Source: Gemmatimonadales bacterium (GTDB lineage Bacteria; Gemmatimonadota; Gemmatimonadetes; Gemmatimonadales; Gemmatimonadaceae). Taken from it: DNA of 64,000 nt. The notes under the pieces were generated by a model that made no database searches, had not been told where the DNA came from, and saw nothing but the letters and a program-made list of their open reading frames with translations. The position numbers and the translations under genes were made by a program. Of the stretch, positions 58,042-64,000 are shown piece after piece. The stretch spans positions 5,059-69,058 of the forward strand of contig JBBSFT010000002.1 of NCBI GenBank assembly GCA_038254845.1. Reading direction: 5' to 3'. Positions within the stretch are counted from its first letter, which is position 1. The number at the start of each line of letters is the position of its first letter.

Positions 58042-58114
58042 CCATGCTGCGCGCCGCAGCCGCTTCGCCCGACTCACCGCATGCACGCTTCGCCATCACA
58101 ACGCTAGATCAACG

Positions 58115-58912
58115 ATGCGCCTGTCTGTTCTCATTCCAGTCTACAACGAGCTGAATACAATCGCCGCGGCCGTTCGTCGCGTGCGACACGTCGCGATCGA
58201 CACCGAGATCATCTGCGTTGATGATTGTTCGTCTGATGGCACGCAGGCGGTGCTCGAGCAACTTCTCGCGAACGGCGAGATCGATCAGCTCATCAAGCAC
58301 GATCAGAATAAGGGAAAAGCCGCGGCGGTTCGCGCCGCGCTCGCCCGCGCGACTGGCGACGTGTCGGTGATTCAGGACGCCGATCTCGAATATGATCCGC
58401 AGGATCTCGTGAGGATGATCGTCCCGCTCGCCGACGGCCGCGCTGACGCCGTGCTCGGCAGCCGGTTTCTCGGTGAAACGCGCCGCGTGCTGTATTACTG
58501 GCACAGCGTGGGTAACGGCCTGCTGACGATGACGTCGAACATGCTGACGAACCTGAACCTCTCCGACATGGAGACGTGCTACAAGATGATTCGCACGGAT
58601 CTCTTCAAGTCATTGCCACTCGAAGCCGAGCGGTTCGGGATCGAGCCGGAGATCACGGCGAGGCTCGCGCAGTCTGGCGCGCGCGTGTTCGAGGTGCCGA
58701 TCACCTACAGCGGTCGCACGTACGCCGAGGGCAAGAAGATCGGCTGGAAGGATGGTGTTGCCGCGCTCTGGTATATCCTGCGCTGCAATCTATTCCCGCC
58801 GTTCGCGCCGAAGTATCAGGCGTCAGCGGCAACTATCGCGCAGCGAGTCCCGGCAGCGATTGCAGCGTCCGGATCAAATCAAGCGTCCGAAGCGCGCGCC
58901 CTTCAGCGTTGA
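58115..58912 (+). CDS. GT2 polyprenyl-phosphate glycosyltransferase (DPM1-like)
   Basis: LIPVYNE, VDDCSSDGT, QDADLEYDP, SDMETCYK, RTYAEGKKIGWKDG. Confidence 0.9.
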   Translation: MRLSVLIPVYNELNTIAAAVRRVRHVAIDTEIICVDDCSSDGTQAVLEQLLANGEIDQLIKHDQNKGKAAAVRAALARATGDVSVIQDADLEYDPQDLVRMIVPLADGRADAVLGSRFLGETRRVLYYWHSVGNGLLTMTSNMLTNLNLSDMETCYKMIRTDLFKSLPLEAERFGIEPEITARLAQSGARVFEVPITYSGRTYAEGKKIGWKDGVAALWYILRCNLFPPFAPKYQASAATIAQRVPAAIAASGSNQASEARALQR

Positions 58913-58953
58913 GGTGGTAGCGATTGTCGAAGAACATCCACTGGATAAACGAA
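58486..58953 (+). repeat. Direct repeat, left copy (intact GT2 3' end plus degraded 3' end of the SGNH-like gene on the minus strand)
   Basis: Aligns with 61043-61512 at offset 2557. Confidence 0.93.
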
Positions 58954-59051
58954 ACTCCTCGCTCGATGCTCTGGCTAGACACTCGTGGCCGCCACACTCG
59001 TGGCCGCGACAATATTGCGCACGCCTAACGATTTGTGCGGAGGTTCGCCAA

Positions 59052-60905
59052 GTGGGTATTCTGAGCGTCGTGGTCGGTTGGGGAGTACTCGTATTAATCA
59101 CGACCGAAGTCTTAAGCGGCAGCGGTGTTCTTGAGTTTCACGGAGTGATCGCTGCCTGGACTATCGTTGCCTTGTCATGGGCCTTTGTAGGATATCGACG
59201 AGAAACTATCCCCTCCGGAAGAAAGAGGACGGTTGAGCCTCTTACAGTGACCGCGAGCGCCTATCTCGCTGTGATAGTAGCGATTCTGGGGATCACCTTC
59301 GCATTGGCAATAGTATCTGCGCCAACTGCCGGTGACGCCCAGAGCTATCACATGGCCCGAGTCGCCCACTGGATTCAAAATCGATCCGTGAATTTCTACC
59401 CTACCAATATCGACAGGCAGCTGTGGAGCAACCCGTGGGCAGAGTATGTGATCCTGCAACTCCAGCTGCTCAGCGGTGGCGACAGGCTGGCGAACCTCGT
59501 TCAGTGGACGGCCTTCGCAGGATCGATCGGTGTTGTAACCAGGATCGCGGCAAATCTGGGGTGCAAACGCGAAGCGCAGCTGTTCGCCGGACTTTTTGCC
59601 GCAACTATTCCGATGGCGATTGCGCAGTCCGCGGGCGCGCAGACTGACCTTGTCGCAAGCTTTTGGTTGCTCGTCTTCGTCCTTGCGACGCTCGAATACC
59701 CTTCAGCCGCTCAAGGACACTTTCCGATTTCCGGAGCCATTCTCGGCGCCAGTCTTGGTCTCGCTATTCTGACAAAGGGAACCAACTACCTGTACACCTT
59801 GCCATTTCTGGCGTGGTGGCTCGCGAGGGAACACGTCGGGCGGACCCGAACGAACGGATGGACTTTCGCGTTGATGGCGGCAACAGCATTGGCGATAAAC
59901 TCACCTCACTACTACCGGAATCTCAAGCTTTACAATTGGCCATTGGGCCCCTCTGGAAGCGAAGGCTTAATGAACGGGACATTCGGGCCAAGAGTGGTGC
60001 TGTCGAACCTCGTGCGGAACGCGGCGCTTCACCTCGGCACACCCGAAGACACGCGGCTCCCGATGTCAGTCCAGTTTAACGCGTCAGCGACCCGCGGCGT
60101 TGTTGCTCTACACCGGTGGATAGGAATGGATGTGAATGACCCCCGAACGACCTGGCGCAATTACAAGTTTCGTGTCCCCTTTCAAACGCGGAGCGAATTG
60201 GATACAGGCAATCCGATTCACGCCGTTCTGATTCTTTTTTCGTTTGGGCTTATTCTGTTCCGGGCTCGCAGAACCGCCGACCGGGCTACGCGTTACGCGT
60301 TCTGCCTCGCTTGTCAGATTCTTCTTTTCTGTCTTGTCTTGCGTTGGCAACCTTTCAATAGCCGTTTGCAGTTGACGGCCTTTTTGGCGGCGGCGCCGCT
60401 CGTTGCGTATTGTCTGCAACTCGTAACGCGCCAGGCTGTAGCTGTTTTTATCGCCACTTTCCTCGCATTCAGGGCTGTTCCATCGCTTGTGAAGAACCCG
60501 GCGCGTCCACTGGTTGGCACCGGAGCCATACAACGCCTGACGCGAGAGGAACGTTTCTTCACTGAAGAGCCCCAGATAGAGGCGCCTTACACGGGCGCAG
60601 CCGAATTTATCGCAAAGTCTGGTTGCCGCGACATTGCGTTGAAAACCGGCTGGAGCGAATGGGAATACGCGTTCTGGGCAGTGGCAAAACCAAGATTGGG
60701 GCAATTTCGTCTGACTCATACGGGGATAATGAATCTCTCTGCGTCGCTGACAGACCCGGCCCCGGCTGGCGGTAGAGCTCCGTGTGCACTGTTAACTCTC
60801 AACGAAAACCGGCCAGCGGAGAAAGTCCCCCCCCATGCCGGTTTTGTTGTTGCCTGGCGACTTGACAATGTCACCGTGGAATTACCGACATCGGCGGAAA
60901 ATTGA
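59052..60905 (+). CDS. GT-C (ArnT/PMT-like) membrane glycosyltransferase, low GC, paralog of 35117-37036
   Basis: APTAGDAQSYHMARVAHWIQN, TKGT, PHYYRN, RWQPFNSRL, EYAFW; start uncertain. Confidence 0.72.
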   Translation: MGILSVVVGWGVLVLITTEVLSGSGVLEFHGVIAAWTIVALSWAFVGYRRETIPSGRKRTVEPLTVTASAYLAVIVAILGITFALAIVSAPTAGDAQSYHMARVAHWIQNRSVNFYPTNIDRQLWSNPWAEYVILQLQLLSGGDRLANLVQWTAFAGSIGVVTRIAANLGCKREAQLFAGLFAATIPMAIAQSAGAQTDLVASFWLLVFVLATLEYPSAAQGHFPISGAILGASLGLAILTKGTNYLYTLPFLAWWLAREHVGRTRTNGWTFALMAATALAINSPHYYRNLKLYNWPLGPSGSEGLMNGTFGPRVVLSNLVRNAALHLGTPEDTRLPMSVQFNASATRGVVALHRWIGMDVNDPRTTWRNYKFRVPFQTRSELDTGNPIHAVLILFSFGLILFRARRTADRATRYAFCLACQILLFCLVLRWQPFNSRLQLTAFLAAAPLVAYCLQLVTRQAVAVFIATFLAFRAVPSLVKNPARPLVGTGAIQRLTREERFFTEEPQIEAPYTGAAEFIAKSGCRDIALKTGWSEWEYAFWAVAKPRLGQFRLTHTGIMNLSASLTDPAPAGGRAPCALLTLNENRPAEKVPPHAGFVVAWRLDNVTVELPTSAEN

Positions 60906-61042
60906 ATTGGCTCAGCTGCATCGAGTCGATGCGGACCGCCTTGGCCAACAACCGGCAAATATTCCTTTGCCGCTTAACGTGCGGGTTACTATTCCGATAA
61001 CGGGCCGTGAGATTTTCCCCGGAGTCAACTCTACCAAATTAT

Positions 61043-61512
61043 CGTGCTCTATTATCGGCACCATGTGGATAACGGCCTGCTCACGATGACGTCGGCCATG
61101 CTGACAAACCTGAACCTCTCCCACATGGAGACGTGCTAGAAGATGATTCGGACGGGTCTCTTCAAGTCATTGCCTCTCGAAGCCGGTCGGTTTGGAATCG
61201 AGCCGGAGATTACCGCGACACTCGCGCAGTCTGGCGCACGCGTGTTCGAGGCGCCGATCACATACAGAGGTCGCACGTACGCCGAGGGCAAGAAGATCGG
61301 CCGGAAGGATGGCGTCGCCGCGTTCTGGTACATCCTGCGCTGCAATCTCTTTCCGCCATTCGCGCCGAAGTATCAGGCGTCAGCGGCGACTATCGCGCAG
61401 CGAGTCCTGGCAGCGATTGCAGCGTCCGGATCAAATCAAGCGTCCGAAGCGCGCGCCCTTCAGCGTTGAGGTGGTAGCGGGTGTCGAAAAACATCCGCGC
61501 CGGGTAGACGAA
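61043..61512 (+). repeat. Direct repeat, right copy
   Basis: About 91% identical to the left copy by hand alignment. Confidence 0.93.
61044..61469 (+). pseudogene. Truncated remnant of the 58115-58912 GT2 gene
   Basis: Only the C-terminal ~141 codons remain; TAC changed to TAG at 61137-61139; two Trp-to-Arg changes. Confidence 0.88.
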
Positions 61513-62373
61513 GTCACGCGGTGAGCCAACGACAGGAATCTTCATGTCGGCTTTCAGCTTCGTCGCAAGCGAGTCGATCGCCGCGACGTTGATCGTGTAC
61601 GACCGGTCGATGTACGACGGAAACAGGAAGTACGCGTGCGCGTTACGCTGCGTCACGACGGCTGAGAGTGCGTTCAGGTCGTCGATTGTCTTTCGGTTCA
61701 GCGCTTTCATCGGCGGTAGCGGCTTCACGAAGATCGAATCCGGGTTCATGCTCTTCATGGTCAAATGGCTGACTGCATCGCCGTACCGATTGAACGAGTG
61801 CCTGTTGTAAACGGGATTCGTATCCGGCGGAAAGAACTGCTCTTCCCGGCCGATTGCGGCGGCCGCGGTACGGAGCAGAGACTCGCGCGCGTTCTCCACC
61901 CGCGGCCTGATCAGCACGTCGATCACTGAGTAGGACTTGATGAAATCGCCCACCCGGTCCGGCGGCGTGTACAGCAGCGCGGCGTTCAGCGTGTTGTCTC
62001 CATTTGCGAAGTCGCCGTAGAACTGGTCGTATTCGGGGACGATGATGATGACGTCGCCGGGTCGAACATAGGGCGTCACCTGCGCGAGCATATAGCGCAG
62101 GCCGAGCTTTGCGTACAGCCCCATGTTCGCGACGGGAACGTGCAGTGAATCCTCGATGGCCTTGCTGTCGACCCCGAACGCCAGGTTCGACCCGCCGACG
62201 AGAATTATCCGCGGGCTCGGTGTGCGGCGAAGGAGCTGGTCTTTCTCGAGAATCGCGCCGAGGTAGCTGTTGTCGGACGCGCGCGCATCGTTACGCGTCG
62301 CGAGCATGCCAGTGCCGATGACAGCCACTGCCAGCGCCCCAAAGCGCAGCGCGAACTTGCTCGCCGGGCGCAT
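61390..62373 (-). CDS. SGNH-like periplasmic acyltransferase (AlgJ/DltD-like)
   Basis: N-terminal TM, ILVGGSN, NMGL, FFDTRYHLN (DxxxH); TGATG-coupled to the MBOAT gene. Confidence 0.75.
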   Translation of the reverse strand: MRPASKFALRFGALAVAVIGTGMLATRNDARASDNSYLGAILEKDQLLRRTPSPRIILVGGSNLAFGVDSKAIEDSLHVPVANMGLYAKLGLRYMLAQVTPYVRPGDVIIIVPEYDQFYGDFANGDNTLNAALLYTPPDRVGDFIKSYSVIDVLIRPRVENARESLLRTAAAAIGREEQFFPPDTNPVYNRHSFNRYGDAVSHLTMKSMNPDSIFVKPLPPMKALNRKTIDDLNALSAVVTQRNAHAYFLFPSYIDRSYTINVAAIDSLATKLKADMKIPVVGSPRDFVYPARMFFDTRYHLNAEGRALRTLDLIRTLQSLPGLAAR

Positions 62374-63827
62374 CAGAACTGGAAATAGATGAACGCCGTC
62401 GATCCTGTCGTGCCGAACATCCAGATCGCCATGCACGCGGTGTAGTAGGCCGGCCAGCGAATCCATGCCGGCTGCATCGAAAATTTCCGAACGATGTTCA
62501 CGCGTTTCGAAATTATTTCAACACCGACCAGGCCGGCGATGAGGGCGACCGAATAGAGGAACTCGATCTTCGTAATGCCTGCGTCGCGAAGAATGAGCGG
62601 CACGAGCTGGGCAGATCGCGGCAATGCGAGCGACGCGCTGAACACGTGCATTGCGTCGGCAAGCGAGTTCGCCCGAAAGAATACCCACGCGATGCAGGCA
62701 AGTGCGAACGTGATCGCGACCTTCATTACCGCATGAAGGCGCGGAGCCGAATCGAGTCCGATTGCGTGGACCAGTTTCGCCCGGGCTTCCGCCGTGACGA
62801 GCGAGATGATGAGATAAAGCCCATTGAGTCCGCCCCAGATCACGAACGTCCAGTTCGCGCCGTGCCAGAATCCGCTGAGAAGAAACGTGACGAGCAGGTT
62901 GTAGTACCATCGCGCTCGGTTGACCCGGTTACCGCCGAGCGGGATGTAGACGTAATCGCGGAACCATGTCGAGAGCGAGATGTGCCAGCGGCTCCAGAAC
63001 TCGCTGATGGAGCGCGACAGGTAGGGGCGGTCGAAGTTCATCATCAGCTTGAACCCCATGACTTCGGCCGCGCCGATCGCCATCAGGGAATAGCCCGCGA
63101 AGTCGCAGTAGATCTGGAACGCGAAGAACACAGTTGCGATGACAAGCGTGAGCCCGTGAAAGCTCGACACATCGTTGTACACGACGTTTACATATCGAGC
63201 GAGCCGGTCGGCGATGACGACTTTCATGAACAGCCCGATTGCCATGCGGCGAATGCCGTTTGACACGCGCTCGTAATCGAGGAAATGCTCCTCGTAGAAC
63301 TGATGGAGGAGATTCTGCGGTCGCTCGATCGGGCCGGCGACGAGCTGCGGAAAGAACATCACGTACAACGCGTAAATGCCGAGGTGGCGCTCCGCCTTCT
63401 GGTGGCCGCGATACACCTCGATGGTGTACGACATTGCCTGGAACGTGTGGAACGACAGGCCGATCGGCAGGATGATGTTGAGCGGCCCGAAGTTGTACGG
63501 CCAGTGAAAGACTTCGGCGATTGCGCGCGCGTTGGCTGAGAAAAAGTTGAAGTACTTGAAGACCCCGAGCACGCCGACGTTCGCGATGATGCTGGTGGTG
63601 AGGTAGAGCTTGCGCCTGGTGCCCGCGGCATTCTCGATCATGATTCCCGCCACGTAGTCGATGGCGATCGTGAAGAACAGGATCAGGATGTAGACGGGGA
63701 TGAACGCCATGTAGAAGTAGCACGACGCGGCGAGGAGCCAGGCCCAGCGCAGGCGGTGCGGCAGGACGAAATAGATCGTCGCCACAACGGGGAAAAAGAT
63801 CAGGAACGTGAATGAGTTGAATAGCAA
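62373..63827 (-). CDS. algI: MBOAT O-acyltransferase (AlgI/DltB-like)
   Basis: MLFNS, LPIGLSFHTFQ, FFPQLVAGPIER, DFAGYS, FWSRWHISLSTWFRDYVYIPLGG, SGFWHGA, C-terminal FIYFQF. Confidence 0.93.
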   Translation of the reverse strand: MLFNSFTFLIFFPVVATIYFVLPHRLRWAWLLAASCYFYMAFIPVYILILFFTIAIDYVAGIMIENAAGTRRKLYLTTSIIANVGVLGVFKYFNFFSANARAIAEVFHWPYNFGPLNIILPIGLSFHTFQAMSYTIEVYRGHQKAERHLGIYALYVMFFPQLVAGPIERPQNLLHQFYEEHFLDYERVSNGIRRMAIGLFMKVVIADRLARYVNVVYNDVSSFHGLTLVIATVFFAFQIYCDFAGYSLMAIGAAEVMGFKLMMNFDRPYLSRSISEFWSRWHISLSTWFRDYVYIPLGGNRVNRARWYYNLLVTFLLSGFWHGANWTFVIWGGLNGLYLIISLVTAEARAKLVHAIGLDSAPRLHAVMKVAITFALACIAWVFFRANSLADAMHVFSASLALPRSAQLVPLILRDAGITKIEFLYSVALIAGLVGVEIISKRVNIVRKFSMQPAWIRWPAYYTACMAIWMFGTTGSTAFIYFQF

Positions 63828-63938
63828 AGTGTCAGGCTGGGTCGTCTTGCGGTTGACGCAAATCTAATCCGCCGGTGACTCGTTCATGGGCCTCACGCTA
63901 TCGGTGACGGGAAGCGTGCACGATTAGCCCAATGTCAG

Positions 63939-64000
63939 CTACTTCTCCCGCCTCTTCTTGACCTTCGCCGCATGGGAGACCCACGCATCGGGCAATCCCG
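63939..64000 (-). CDS. Possible C-terminus of a gene running off the window
   Basis: Open frame ...GLPDAWVSHAAKVKKRREK* ending at a TAG at 63939-63941. Confidence 0.3.
   Translation of the reverse strand, partial: GLPDAWVSHAAKVKKRREK

Noticed and set aside
57641-58114. N-terminal extension of the GT2 ORF
   Set aside because: Overlaps capD out of frame; GT2 homology starts at the ATG at 58115
58752-59051. N-terminal extension of the GT-C ORF
   Set aside because: Mostly out-of-frame read-through of the duplicated GT2 tail and the SGNH remnant
60768-60775. GGCGGTAG ops-like element (also near 61712)
   Set aside because: Inside coding sequence, not in an operon leader, and without JUMPstart context; expected by chance in GC-rich DNA
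61143-61469. 108-aa ORF as a functional small protein
   Set aside because: It is the post-stop fragment of the duplicated GT2 and lacks the nucleotide-binding DxD half
1-64000. tRNA, rRNA, CRISPR arrays, IS elements, prophage or defence genes
   Set aside because: None seen; intergenic gaps are under 300 bp and all long coding regions are explained by glycan-related genes

Overview
This GC-rich window is almost entirely one very large cell-surface glycan (capsule/O-antigen/glycoprotein) biosynthesis locus of about 52 genes. Most lie on the minus strand and are translationally coupled (ATGA/GTGA/TGATG overlaps, used here to refine starts). It encodes: Wzi, Wzy, two Wzz-like copolymerases and a Wzm/Wzt ABC exporter; a WecA/WbpL initiator with CapD and an SDR epimerase; GDP-fucose and GDP-perosamine modules; a non-canonical nonulosonic-acid pathway (PseB, RmlD-like reductase, NeuB, two SpsF, Gfo/Idh/MocA, DegT, but no recognisable PseG/PseH); an ACP/FabG/AMP-ligase/AAC(3)/DUF4910 acylation module; four methyltransferases; six polytopic GT-C-like proteins with three polyprenyl-phosphate sugar synthases; an Ig-repeat/SGNH lipoprotein; and an MBOAT/SGNH O-acylation pair. 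A ~460-bp diverged direct duplication flanks a low-GC GT-C gene and separates two formerly overlapping genes. The protein styles suggest Gemmatimonadota (inference only). I saw no rRNA, tRNA, CRISPR array, transposase or integrase. All family calls come from reading motifs by eye; no database search was run.
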